NCBI GenBank assembly: GCA_001600815.1 | Contig: BCKZ01000010.1 | Location: 327,527-391,526 of the forward strand | Reading direction: 5' to 3' | Source: Alloascoidea hylecoeti | Taxonomy: Eukaryota | DNA length: 64,000 bases | Part shown: piece after piece, positions 47,427 to 59,204 of the stretch | Numbering within the stretch: the first letter of the stretch is position 1 | Layout of the letters: every line of letters begins with the position of its first letter | Notes under the pieces: generated by a model | What the model was told of the DNA's origin: nothing | Database searches by the model: none | Seen by the model: the letters and a program-made list of their open reading frames with translations, nothing else | Made by a program: the position numbers and the translations under genes

Positions 47427-50243
47427 ATGACTTCCCTGGCTCATCTACACTCTTCGGGCACATCGTCAACGGACAAGAACACCATCAAACGACGGCCAGT
47501 TGCTTGCACGTACTGCCATACCCTCAAAGTCAGATGTATTCCATCAGATCCACAAGACCCTAAGTCAGAATGCGTGCGATGTGCCAAGTCGGGTCGTGAT
47601 TGTGTAATATTACCTAGTCGCCGAAAACGACAGAAGCCCGACCCAGAAATGCAAAGCCAGAAAATAGCAGAACTGGAACAAAAAATTCAGCAACTTTCTT
47701 CAACTTTGAAATTCTACAATGCACCGCAAAATACAAACACACCGGATCCAAGGTCGGTTCATCCGCATTTGGCTCAGCCGTTGATTCAGCCCTTGCGTCC
47801 CGAATACGGCGCTCTTAAAACGAATTACAGTTTAAGCTCAGCCGTTGCACAGACTCCTCCAATTCCACCAACAATCCCTCTCGTGAGATCTTTCACCGCT
47901 CCTGAGTTTAATAACCCTTTAATTCCAAGTCCTCGCATCCATTCGCCAACGGTATTATACACACCTACACCAGGTTCTAATGGCAGTGTTGTTGATTCTG
48001 AAATAAATGCTGTTGAAGAATTAGAAACTCTTAACAGAGTTAGCAATAGACTGACTCATTTCTCCAAGATACGCATGAATACAATCCTAGCTCCAGATGA
48101 AGTCCCCACAAATGATTCAGATCCTCAATTTGGAAACACACATGGACATAAAAACCTTAAAAAAGTTATTGGACCGATCATATCAGAAGAAGATTCAAGA
48201 AGCCGATTTGAAGGATTTTTAACATTACATAAAATCTTACCTATATTCAATTTGAAAGATGTAACCTATGAAGAATTAAAACAAAAATACCCAATTTTAC
48301 TGCTGTCAATATTGACAGTTACAAGCATTACTGAGCATTCAACTACGTCTTCAACTGATGAAAGTGTTCGGATTAATTTAAAAATTGAATCAACTGCGTA
48401 TGAGTCACTTACTTATGAATTGTTAATTGTTGGTTCAAAATCCTTGGAATTGTTACAGTCAATGATATTATTGGGTACTTGGTATAATTCTGCTGAATCT
48501 TTTCATCATAGGAGATATCATTATTTAATTGGTTTATCTGTTACCTTAGCTGCAGATCTAGGACTCACAACAAAGGCCTTTTCATCAAATAACCATTTTG
48601 AAACTCCATTGAGAAGTATATCATTAATAAATGATCCAAACTCAAAAGATAATAGAAGACTAATTCTAGCTTTATATTGTTCAACATTAAATATTTCAGT
48701 TGCATTAAGAAGACCTTTATATGTTTCATGGTCAAAATACGTTGATGAATGTTGTGATATTTTAGGATCTGATGATTCATCTCCAGATGAAATAAAAATT
48801 GTTGCCTTAGCAAGAATAAGTCATGTTTTGGAACGAGTTTACAGATTATTACATATGCCATCAGATACATTGTCCAAATCACCGACCATGGCAGGGTCGT
48901 TATTACTTGGTCTATCAGAGGATGAGATTTTTGATATGATTATTACATTGAAGCAAGAGATTGAAGTAGTTAACCAGAAGCTATCATCACCATCTTGGCC
49001 TGATAAAGTATCATTATTACCAGTACTATCATATTCCCATTCTGTCAGAGCTTTTTTATATGAACCTTATTTAATGAAATTAATAACAAGGGATTTTAGA
49101 AGATCATCTATAAATATTGGGCCTGCAGTAAAAGGTTATAATTTCTCTGAAGCTTATGAAAATTCAGTAGCAAATTATCCAGGTTCAACACATCCAAGCA
49201 TTAATATAAATGGAGATAACCATAACAATGGAAATGAAAATGGACATGGAAATACAAATTCAGCTGATCCAGTTAGTCCATTGATAATGAATAATGTTTT
49301 GGAATGTGCCTCAGCATGTTATGATGCCTTGAATACATTTTTATTGATAACAACAGAGAACTTATCACGTCTACCAATTATTTTTTCATGTCGAATAATT
49401 TATATCTGCGGTATGGCCTTAAGATTAAGATATTTGGCATTATTAGTACCTTCATTAGCACTAGTCAGGTCATCAATTTTAGAAAAAGTACCAATGAAAT
49501 TTATTCATAGAATACAAGATTTATTACACAAGGCTCATGAATTGAATCCTCATGCTTTCTTTCTATGCAAACTTAGTATTTTATTATCTTTATTTCGAAG
49601 AAGTTATGCAAGTAAGATTGAAGGATTTGATCCAGATGAGTTAAAACCAAACACAAATGATCAACAACTGCAAGGTGATAATCAATCAATTAATATTGCC
49701 AAACCAGAACCTAAAAAGGATACAGGTAAGAAATCACCTCTAGCAATGTTATCGAATGTTGCTGAATCAATACCTTATAGAATGATGACAACTAACCCAA
49801 GCGCTCCAAATAATATTTCGTTAAATATCCACAATCTAATAGGACAGATGACAATGCCAATGCCCAATCAAATGGGGAATTTTAATTTGCCTCCCCCTAT
49901 AATGGCAAATACTTCTAATATTCCTTCTGCTGTTATTACTTTACCTCCATATTCTGAAGCAGCTTTAGCAAGTAATAATCTAAACCCTACAATCAGTTCA
50001 TCTACAAATGGTGCTACTAATAATACTAACACTGGATTACCTCCAAATAATAATATTAGTAACGGTAGTTTTTATGTTGATTTACCACAGGAATTGTCAA
50101 ATAATTTTTTCCCACAGGCTAATATGTACGAACCAGTTTATAGAGATCCCGTTGAATGGGCATTTAATGAAGACTTTTGGGATGACTTTCTAATGAGCGC
50201 TTCAACTATAAATGGTTGGGAAAATGTTAGATTTAACAATTAA
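47427..50243 (+). CDS. WAR1: Zn(II)2Cys6 transcription factor, War1-like
   Basis: RRPVACTYCHTLKVRCIPSDPQDPKSECVRCAKSGRDC cluster resembles War1; middle homology region and acidic C-terminal activation segment. Confidence 0.75.
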   Translation: MTSLAHLHSSGTSSTDKNTIKRRPVACTYCHTLKVRCIPSDPQDPKSECVRCAKSGRDCVILPSRRKRQKPDPEMQSQKIAELEQKIQQLSSTLKFYNAPQNTNTPDPRSVHPHLAQPLIQPLRPEYGALKTNYSLSSAVAQTPPIPPTIPLVRSFTAPEFNNPLIPSPRIHSPTVLYTPTPGSNGSVVDSEINAVEELETLNRVSNRLTHFSKIRMNTILAPDEVPTNDSDPQFGNTHGHKNLKKVIGPIISEEDSRSRFEGFLTLHKILPIFNLKDVTYEELKQKYPILLLSILTVTSITEHSTTSSTDESVRINLKIESTAYESLTYELLIVGSKSLELLQSMILLGTWYNSAESFHHRRYHYLIGLSVTLAADLGLTTKAFSSNNHFETPLRSISLINDPNSKDNRRLILALYCSTLNISVALRRPLYVSWSKYVDECCDILGSDDSSPDEIKIVALARISHVLERVYRLLHMPSDTLSKSPTMAGSLLLGLSEDEIFDMIITLKQEIEVVNQKLSSPSWPDKVSLLPVLSYSHSVRAFLYEPYLMKLITRDFRRSSINIGPAVKGYNFSEAYENSVANYPGSTHPSININGDNHNNGNENGHGNTNSADPVSPLIMNNVLECASACYDALNTFLLITTENLSRLPIIFSCRIIYICGMALRLRYLALLVPSLALVRSSILEKVPMKFIHRIQDLLHKAHELNPHAFFLCKLSILLSLFRRSYASKIEGFDPDELKPNTNDQQLQGDNQSINIAKPEPKKDTGKKSPLAMLSNVAESIPYRMMTTNPSAPNNISLNIHNLIGQMTMPMPNQMGNFNLPPPIMANTSNIPSAVITLPPYSEAALASNNLNPTISSSTNGATNNTNTGLPPNNNISNGSFYVDLPQELSNNFFPQANMYEPVYRDPVEWAFNEDFWDDFLMSASTINGWENVRFNN

Positions 50244-50252
50244 TAAGCATAT

Positions 50253-50338
50253 CGTGACTAATCGTTACTAATGATTACAAACCAGTTTTGATTACTACTA
50301 AAAAATTATAATATCATGGATGAATAATGATTACATAA
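50253..50338. promoter_or_regulatory. Yap1-type response elements upstream of nitroreductase copy 1
   Basis: TGACTAA at 50255-61 and TTACTAA at 50265-71; GAATAATGATTACATAA at 50322-38 is shared exactly with the copy 3 promoter (59608-59624). Confidence 0.6.
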
Positions 50339-50491
50339 AACGTTTGAAGGATTAATATTCAAAACATTCGAATTCGTTATAATTCGAATTTTAGGCCAGG
50401 ACAATAGGTATATAAACTGGATGATTTCCCTTTAATTATTATCATTGTTTTTATTATACAGTAATTACCATATCCAGAATTATAACTAAGT

Positions 50492-51082
50492 ATGTCTACT
50501 TCAAATTTAGCACCAATTGTTTCCAGAAGATCTATCTACAATCTTGAGTCTACTTCTAAGGTCTCAAAAGCCCAAATTGAATCAATTGTTAAAACAATTG
50601 TTAAGAATACACCAACACCTTTCAATATTCAATCGGTTCGTGCTTTGATCCTAACTGAAGAAAAGGCTACTGCATTATGGTCTTCTGTTATTAGTCAAGC
50701 ATCCTCCACTCCAAATTACCCAATTCCTGTTTCAAAATTCGAAATCTTCAAAAAGGCCCATGGTACGGTTATCTTCTTTGATGATTTGAAACCAGTCAAT
50801 GGATTGACCCAAAATGCCCCTGAAATCTTTACTCAACAAGTTCCCATTTGGGCGGCTAATTCCAATGGATTCGCTCAGATTTCCACCTGGACAGAATTTG
50901 AACGCGAAGGACTTGGTGCTAATTTACAACATTATAATGATTTTGTTTCAAAAGCTATTAAGGATTTAGGATTTAAAGTTCCGGAAGATTGGGAAGTTAG
51001 AGCTGAATTAGTTTTTGGGGATGTTGGATCTCCAGCGGCTGCAAAGACCTTTACAGAAGAGGAAACTGTTCTTGTTTTGTAA
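50492..51082 (+). CDS. Nitroreductase, Frm2/Hbn1 family (copy 1)
   Basis: RRSIYNL, PTPFNIQSVRA, GTVIFFDD, GLGANLQHYN and AELVFG motifs. Confidence 0.9.
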   Translation: MSTSNLAPIVSRRSIYNLESTSKVSKAQIESIVKTIVKNTPTPFNIQSVRALILTEEKATALWSSVISQASSTPNYPIPVSKFEIFKKAHGTVIFFDDLKPVNGLTQNAPEIFTQQVPIWAANSNGFAQISTWTEFEREGLGANLQHYNDFVSKAIKDLGFKVPEDWEVRAELVFGDVGSPAAAKTFTEEETVLVL

Positions 51083-53748
51083 TTTTAGTCTATGATTATA
51101 TATGTTCTACAATAAAGTAGAATAAAAAGTTATATATCCGTGAATTTTAATAAAAGTTATCAATTACAATATATATATATATTGCACATAGATCGCGAGG
51201 CCCAATATGAAATTGCTCGGATGCGTTGAAAAATAATTCGTCCGACTTGAGGAATAAACAGTTGGTAATATATGTAAAGAAAACAATTAGACTAAACTAT
51301 ACCGTACATAAATGGTACTATTTTTTAGCCTAATCTATGAAACATTGGACCAAGAATATGTGTACACAGTTATTAAATACAGCTAACAAAATAGTGCCAT
51401 ATATTTCTGGATCTTTCGGTTCTTCATTCTCTAAAGGTTAACTCTACAATACGTACACTTGTTAACTCAAATATAGAAGTCTGACTTTAATTACAAAAAT
51501 AGTAGAATGAATCACAAAATTGTGAGGTCCGGATATACTTGATTCATCAATTTTACGACTAGTATACTTTTGCGCAAATAAATTCAACAAAGTAGAATCT
51601 GCAACGGGAGAAGAAAGTGAATCAAAAATGTCAAATTTGAAATGTATCAGTGATCTTACTATTGACATTGAGTGTATGGAAAGTCAAAAACATCCTAGAA
51701 ATTAGGCGGATGCTTTAAGAAATAGAATTTTTTGGACAATTTTAGAAAGGAATTTATTCTAACAGAAAAGATATTTTTTAACTATGGGCAAGTGCTCATT
51801 TACTTAAAAGTCACTAATACTTTTACACGATCACATTTGTTAACTACTGCTCCTACAACATCCCCAATTTCAAGAGCGTCTACTAAATCAACTACCTCCG
51901 CCGATTCATCAAAAATGAAAACTGGAATAGTAAGTAAAAGGATTGGTGCTGTCAAGAAGATTTCGCATTTGAAGTGTTACCAACAGCCAATGATTGAAAT
52001 ATAAGGCCAATTCATGATAAAACTAAGCCATTGACGAAATTCAAGCAATGACAATTTTCGTTTATCCTTGTCTGAATACTACAATGAGTAGTCTCGTAGC
52101 ATTTCTGCTGTAGGTGGTTCGTCATTCAGCAATATAGCCCAAAACAGTGACTGTATTAATAGACCAATATGCAAGATCAAGAGCTTGAACTTGTAAAGGA
52201 AATTATCTTTAGAAGATCGGATAAAGTTCGTTAGAAGGTCATTGTTACAATTAATTTAGTTAATGAACACACGAGTAACCAATACAAGAATATTAGAAAC
52301 CACAGCATTATTTTGAACGAACCAGCTGGAGGAAGTGGACGCAGTAGACATTCTTGAAGTTGTTGCAAGAGCAGTATACGCGTAGTTAAAATTGTGGTCG
52401 TGTAAAAAAAGTATCTGTGAGTAATCTGTGAGGAGAGCGAATGAATATATTATGAAGGGTGTGTGTCTCTATTTATAATATATGAAGCCCTAAACCTTAT
52501 AAGACCATAGTTTATATATATAGACATAATGTAATTCCTTTTAATAGAATCTAAAAAAAAATACTTTTGACTATTCCAATCATGTATTCCCAAGTGATAA
52601 CCAATATAAAATGGAAAATCGAACGAGATTTGTAAATATTAATGAATTATTATCTATTTATATGTAGTATCAATAAGAAAATTTAGCCTCTTTAGCGGGG
52701 CTATAAATATCAAATGTTTTATAGTACTAAAAAGATCTGTATAGTTGGTGATATCATTTGTTGAGTTTCCATTGATTGATACTTTCAGATCTAGTGCTTC
52801 GTCATTTGAACCATTATTATTAGAATTTGAAGTATATTCATTAAAGAATCATTCGAAGGCTTATTACATAAATATGAACAATTATAACATAACTTTAATT
52901 TACTATTTTCATCACGACAAGTTATATCAGTGCTATGGTCTATTTATAGATACATATAACATAGTTTCTATTCTAGCGCCAAGGGTGATTCTCTTTATCT
53001 TTAAAAATCTCATATTTTTGTTTTTGTAGTTATATAAATATCTTTATTATATATTGAGAGTACACCAATTCAAATTAAAATATCAATTGCCATTGCAGTT
53101 CTAAACTAATTTTGTAATACACCACCACTTTATTTCGGTCACATTTTGAACTAAATTTTGATCATTCCCTTCACTAATTACCTTTTCTATACTATAGTTA
53201 TAATATATGTGTTATCCGACTAGAGTAATACATTTTATAAAATCTTAATTAGTGAAGGGGATGGCCAACAATTTGGTTCAAAAGGTGGCCTAAATTGAGT
53301 GGAATGGTTGTATAGTACAGGTCCACATTCTAAACCCTATACTCTTTTAAAAAAAAGAGCAGACTCAGTGAATCGGAACTACACTGTTAGGTTATGTCAA
53401 TACATAGATAGAGAAAGATTTAGTAGATTAAGTATATTTTGGTTACAACTTAAGGAATTATTCTCCTTCTCTTTATGAACAGGATCTCTGGGTAATCTCA
53501 AACGTAGTCCATCTTCATTGTCTTCGTAACCTTAAGCTAGTGATACCTTGTCCTTGACTCCTTGCGTTATCGTACAGCCTAGATATTCAACATATAATTA
53601 TTGCAGCTTATCGTTCTACACTATAATCATCTAAAGTTATATTTATGGTTATTTATAATTTTACAAATATCAAAGTTTCTACTATAAGTTATTAAATATA
53701 TAAATACAAAAATAATTAAAATACCGGTAGTAAAGATGTAAATTAAAA

Positions 53749-54339
53749 TCACAAAACAAGAACAGTTTCCTCTTCTATAAAGGTCTTTGCAGCCGCTGGA
53801 GATCCAACATCCCCAAAAACTAATTCAGCTCTAACTTCCCAATCTTCCGGAACTTTAAATCCTAAATCCTTAATAGCTTTTGAAACAAAATCATTATAAT
53901 GTTGTAAATTAGCACCAAGTCCTTCGCGTTCAAATTCTGTCCAGGTGGAAATTTGAGCGAATCCATTGGAATTAGCCGCCCAAATGGGAACTTGTTGAGT
54001 AAAGATTTCAGGGGCATTTTGGGTCAATCCAGTGACTGGTTTCAAATCATCAAAGAAGATAACCGTACCATAGGCATTTTTGAACACATCGAATCTTGAA
54101 ACAGGAACTGGAAAATTTGGAGTGGAGGTTACTTGACTAATAACATTGGTCCATAACGCTTCGGATTTGTCTGCAGTTAAAACCAAGGCACGAACTGATT
54201 GAATATTGAAAGGTGTTGGTGTATTCTTAACAATTGTTTTAACAATTGATTCAATTTGGGCTTTTGGGACCTTAGAAGTAGACTTAAGCTGGTAGATGGA
54301 TCTTCTGGAAACAATTGGTGCTAAAATTGAAGTAGACAT
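53749..54339 (-). CDS. Nitroreductase, Frm2/Hbn1 family (copy 2, inverted relative to copy 1)
   Basis: Same motifs; the 3' half is nearly identical in DNA to copy 1. Confidence 0.9.
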   Translation of the reverse strand: MSTSILAPIVSRRSIYQLKSTSKVPKAQIESIVKTIVKNTPTPFNIQSVRALVLTADKSEALWTNVISQVTSTPNFPVPVSRFDVFKNAYGTVIFFDDLKPVTGLTQNAPEIFTQQVPIWAANSNGFAQISTWTEFEREGLGANLQHYNDFVSKAIKDLGFKVPEDWEVRAELVFGDVGSPAAAKTFIEEETVLVL

Positions 54340-54477
54340 ATTTGGCTGTAATTCTGGATATAGAAATTATGAATAGAAACACAGGGAAACCACCGAGTTT
54401 ATATATTCGCGTATATTATATCAATCAAATTATGCTTTTGGATACAATAAGATATCTTCTAGTAATCAATTCGTATT

Positions 54478-54507
54478 ATTAGTAACGATTAGTAACGATT
54501 AGTAACG
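54478..54507. promoter_or_regulatory. Three tandem Yap1-type sites upstream of nitroreductase copy 2
   Basis: (ATTAGTAACG)x3; TTAGTAA at 54479, 54489 and 54499. Confidence 0.65.
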
Positions 54508-56173
54508 CCATGTTTATTATATTACTATCCGCATTAACGCCCGCTAAGCCCGCGACCAGGAAAATGGATTATTCCAGTTGGGCTGATTTCCTATAAGGTT
54601 TATATCTAAAACGAATAATGATAAGACATCCTACGGGATCGGCCTTCATTGAAACTGAGAGGAGTCAATGACGAGAGAAATCTTTTTATAGCATCATTTA
54701 CAAATATCTCACTAGATCCCTCTTCCCAATCAATATTGGAGCCATCAGACTTAATTATCCCCACAAATTTCATTTGTATTTGAAGTAATTTGTTCCTTGT
54801 GTCTGATTTTCTGGATGAAAGCTTATAGGTATAATTTTATCGCAATTGTCGGAAACAATTCGACAATTAATTCATGGAATGAAAATCACCACGGTTTAAT
54901 TGCTCACATTAATTTTTCGTGGTCATCTGGAAAACCAGTTCCATCATAGATTGTAATTACTACTATAATTAAAGTTGTCAGTGAATTAATTAACAAATTA
55001 GTTAATGTTAACTATGAAGGTCTAGAATATGGTGGTAATATGATTGAATCAGAATTATTTATCGTTATAGCGACTGGTACTTTTGAGTTAAGATTTCAAT
55101 ATTCCTCTGTTGATTGGACATTTGCATTAAAATTGTGTTTGTCAATGTTAACATGTATTGTCGAATCGGAGTGGAGGGCCAGTGGAGGCCAATTGCAAGC
55201 TTAAGGTTCCAAAATTAACTTTTTTCAATATTGTAATTCCATAGATTTCATTTTCCATGCCTTTTTTCTCTAATTGCAGTAAATCCAGTTTCTTATCCAA
55301 TTTGGGAAATATATAGCTAGTTACAACGTTGTTTTCTTCAAAAGGGTTCTTGGATGGTCTTTGTTTTCTTCTAATTGAACTTTACACCCAGACCATCAAA
55401 TATTTTAAAGGAAGAAACTTTTACAATCTTCAGCATCTGCTTCACTGCCCCTCTGGTGAATTATGTAGGGTTTCTCATTCGAGGAGGGGTTACATCAGAA
55501 GAGATTTTAGCATATTTCTTCACTGTGAACCGCATAGTTGAAGAGTTAATATTAAGACTTCTGCCTATTTTGGGAGTTGATAAGACATACTTACTCGCAT
55601 TACATGTTTCAATCTGCCTCATTGATTGTAATTTCTTTTATATACATGTATTTATGAAGATGGGTCATTTTAGAGGGTCTCTAAAAACAAAAGCTTAAGT
55701 TCAATCGGAGCCCGGGTGTATATTCCATAAAAGAGGATTCATATCACAGACCAGCGCTTATTTGTTTTGGAAAGTAGGAATTGATTATCATTATTAGCTT
55801 CATTGCGATCCTTAATTCTCAAGTAAATGATTCATCGTGTAAAAAAAAAATGGTTAATTAGTGGAAATTCCAATTAAATTGACCATTAAATATTCCAATT
55901 GAAGCCAGGTTATATTGCGAAATGCCCTCATGTCTAATGAGCCATATATAGTAAAAAAACTTCTAACTTAAATATTTGCGATTTAAAGAATCAGACTATA
56001 GTAATAATAGTATAATTACAACACTAATTTGATGATTAATTTATGCTACGCGTACATGACCCGTGGAACCGAATTCGAAGAAATAAAAGAAATAAGGAGA
56101 TCTCCAGCGGGCCCGCCGAGGAGCGATAGATTTGCTGACTTCCAGAGTTATTGAATTCGAAGAATCAGGAGGA

Positions 56174-56241
56174 TAACCCTAAGTTTATGAACTACATGTA
56201 GGGTAAGGGTGTATGGGTGTGCTCATACTCAAAACTTTTCA
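56174..56241. promoter_or_regulatory. Cluster of Tbf1-like, Rap1-like and RRPE-like motifs
   Basis: TAACCCTAA at 56174-82; GGGTGTATGGGTGT (reverse complement ACACCCATACACCC) at 56207-20; AAAACTTTTCA at 56231-41. Confidence 0.4.
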
Positions 56242-56854
56242 TTCACTTTCTTCTTCTTTTTTCTTATTATTTTATAAGAGTTATAAGAATGTTTATGGGC
56301 ATGTTACTCCCTTAAAAGGAATAAACAACCAATCGCTCATAAACTGATACTACTACTCTTAGATTGAATACTGAGAACATATTCTCCATTTTTGTTCCTT
56401 CTATATTAGGTCTTTTTTATATCTTTTTGAAATTTCTTTTGGAGTTTCTTGAGGTTTTAACGGATTTTTTATAGACTTGAGAAAAGTGAATATGGTGAAG
56501 AAACTTTGTGACATAAAAGAATATTATTAACAGATCAATAAACGTCGAGGACATGAGTTCATAGTTATATAATATATGTATATTACTTAACATTTTCAAT
56601 CACACCTGATTGTTACAATACAAGAAAGGCTCTTGGAAATTCGAGCACTTTAGCGTGTACAACTGATGAAAGTTGGCTTGGTCTAAAAGTTGAATACTTC
56701 GTAAGCCTTACAGCCGTGAATTGTTATCGTATGTATTCACAGTTTCGACCAGTAGCTTCTTTAAATTAACACTATGGAGAGAGAGAATTAATATTTGTCG
56801 GTAAAGTAAAGTATGAATTAAAGAGTACTTCTAAAAGTTCTCACTCAGTTCTCT

Positions 56855-57557
56855 TCATTGGGCAATAGGTGCATGAACCTTTCTTTTAGACCCACCTTCC
56901 TTTTTATCATGCTTTTCTTCTTTCGCCTTCTTCTTGCTCCCTTCCTGATTTCTTTTCAAATTTTCCTCTTTTATTTTGCCTCTTTTGAATTATTCTCTTC
57001 TTTCTTGATCTCTCCATATTTATTGACATCATCTTCAACAATCTCTTGGATTTTAGGAGGAAGATATGGATGTATATGATAGTTGATTAAGATAATGAAG
57101 ATATACCGCTGATTTCTCATAAAGCTCATTGCAAAACGACTTATCATCAAACGGACGATAAATATAGTTACCACTTAGATTGATAGGGTAAAAAACCAGC
57201 AACAACAAAACTAACCTTTTCTCTAGAGTTAATAAATAATTCTAAGTTTTTTTGAAGTTGAATTTTGGGATTGAGTGTACAAATAACAAAGCTAGAAATG
57301 CCATCATATGTATCTAACCGATTCTTATCGCCATCATCACTGTTTGAGTGACTATCACTATCGGCCTTTCTTAAGACAGGCAAACTCGTCATTATAATTC
57401 TCAAAGTAGAAGGAGATTTTTCATCATCAATGGGGTTATCCAAATTAATAGCCGCCAGAGTAATTCTAATAGATATAGGGATTTCATCACCAATGGTCTT
57501 AAGTTCATAAGGAGGAAGTTTAAGGTTATATATAACGAGGGGATCAAGATTAGAGAG
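56855..57557 (-). pseudogene. FPR3: FPR3/FPR4 nucleolar FKBP pseudogene (nucleoplasmin-like domain only)
   Basis: SNLDPLVIYNLKLPPY..IPISIRITLAAIN..PSTLRII..FVICTLNPKIQLQKNLEL..VSFVVAG, then after a +1 frameshift YPINLSGNYIYRPFDD. The expected ATG reads CTC; further frameshifts follow; no PPIase domain seen. Confidence 0.8.
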
Positions 57558-58090
57558 TTGGTGAAGAGTAGAAGAAAGAAAAGATGAGGAGGAAGAAAAG
57601 AAGAAATTTTGGACATTTAATAGCAGACTCAAATTCCCAAAATCTTCAAGGGTTGAGGATGCCTTTAGGGCTCAATCTTCGCCTTCTGTGCCTCTCTCAT
57701 TAGTTTTTTTAACTTTTACATACAGCATTACATTGCTTGTGCCATGAGATCAAGCGTGTCTCCGAATTCAGCACTTTTATCTGATTCAGACATTAATACA
57801 ATTTTTCTTTGTATATATCCTATATTTTCTGTATATGCATATTAATCCCTCTAATGCTCTATCTACAACTGAACCGAAAAAAAAATATGGTGGTAGTGCG
57901 ACTATAAATGGTTTTGGATAAAAGTATATTATGGTCGATTTACAGATCTAGAATAGACAAAGTGAAGCCAAGAAACCTTTTTAATTTATTAACGGGAAAC
58001 ATTTAAAGCTTGAAAGAGAAAATTTTGATAAGATGAAATGATTTTGTGTGTATCTTATTTACTAATCTAATTTTTATAAGAACAATAAAA

Positions 58091-59062
58091 TTAAAATTTG
58101 ATGGCACTATCCAAATCATTTGCCAAAAGGAAATCTCCACCAGCTTCAGCGATTTGTTTCCAAATAGAATTTCTAGTTTGTATAGGCCAATCAGGGAACC
58201 CCCAATATCTTGTTTTTATACCTAAAGAATGAGCTTTTTCAATTTGTTTTTTTATAATTTCTAATCCTGTTTCATTTAAACCATTTAGATTTGGTTTTCC
58301 AACTTCATCAATTAAATTTGTTGATGCAATTGGACTTACTTTTGATGAGAAAGTTGAATTTAATGATGATAATGGAGCATCAAAGAAATAATCTCTTGTT
58401 GATTGTTCAAGAATATAGTTTAATGGTGTATTTCCTGTTCCAATGACAGTTACTTGTTTAGTTGTTACAACATTTTTATTAAATTCAGTAAGGTATCCCT
58501 TTTCCCTTAATGGTTGTAATTCTTCAATCACTTTAAGCCATGTACTTAATCCATCAGTTTTAACATCAATCCATAAATATATTGTTTCTAAACCATTTGA
58601 ATCAAATAAACCATGAGTAGCAGAGCTAAGATTATACTGTTTTGTGAAATTCTCAATTGTTTTATTGGTTATTAAACGATGATCAGGATTATTGATATTA
58701 TAAAGTGAATCAATTATTGGATTAATATAAAGTTTATCCAATGTTCTATCTTCTGTTAAAGTATAAGGATTATGACCTACATATAAAGTATCATTTATAA
58801 GCCATACGTCAGCTTCAATACTTTGGACACCTCTTTCGATTGCATCATAAAAAGGTCTTTCTCTCCAATAATCATTATGTGAATGAATTTGTCGAACAGG
58901 CACTCCTTCTGTACAACCAGGGTATTTGGTGCTCCCAGTATAACTGTTTTTACTATCATCAATTTTAAGGGGGATACTGGTTGAGTTTACATTGGTTAAC
59001 TTTAAGTATAGATAAATAATAGCAAAACAAATGAAAACTTCAACAATTCTCATTCTTACCAT
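58091..59062 (-). CDS. AIM6: Aim6-like PLC-like phosphodiesterase family protein
   Basis: N-terminal hydrophobic anchor; HSHNDYWRERPF, SIEADVW, LYVGH, WIDVKT, VIGTGNTP, FFDAPL and TRYWG motifs. First ATG at 59062. Confidence 0.85.
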   Translation of the reverse strand: MVRMRIVEVFICFAIIYLYLKLTNVNSTSIPLKIDDSKNSYTGSTKYPGCTEGVPVRQIHSHNDYWRERPFYDAIERGVQSIEADVWLINDTLYVGHNPYTLTEDRTLDKLYINPIIDSLYNINNPDHRLITNKTIENFTKQYNLSSATHGLFDSNGLETIYLWIDVKTDGLSTWLKVIEELQPLREKGYLTEFNKNVVTTKQVTVIGTGNTPLNYILEQSTRDYFFDAPLSSLNSTFSSKVSPIASTNLIDEVGKPNLNGLNETGLEIIKKQIEKAHSLGIKTRYWGFPDWPIQTRNSIWKQIAEAGGDFLLANDLDSAIKF

Positions 59063-59204
59063 GATCTTAAAAATTGAATAACTAACAATTCTGGTATAAT
59101 TTAATCTTTGGACTCTTAGGAGAAAAAAGCAGCACAGCACCTAATCGCGAATATTCTGGATGTCAACCAGCTATCACGTGGCTCTGTGTTAGAGTTAGCT
59201 CAAA

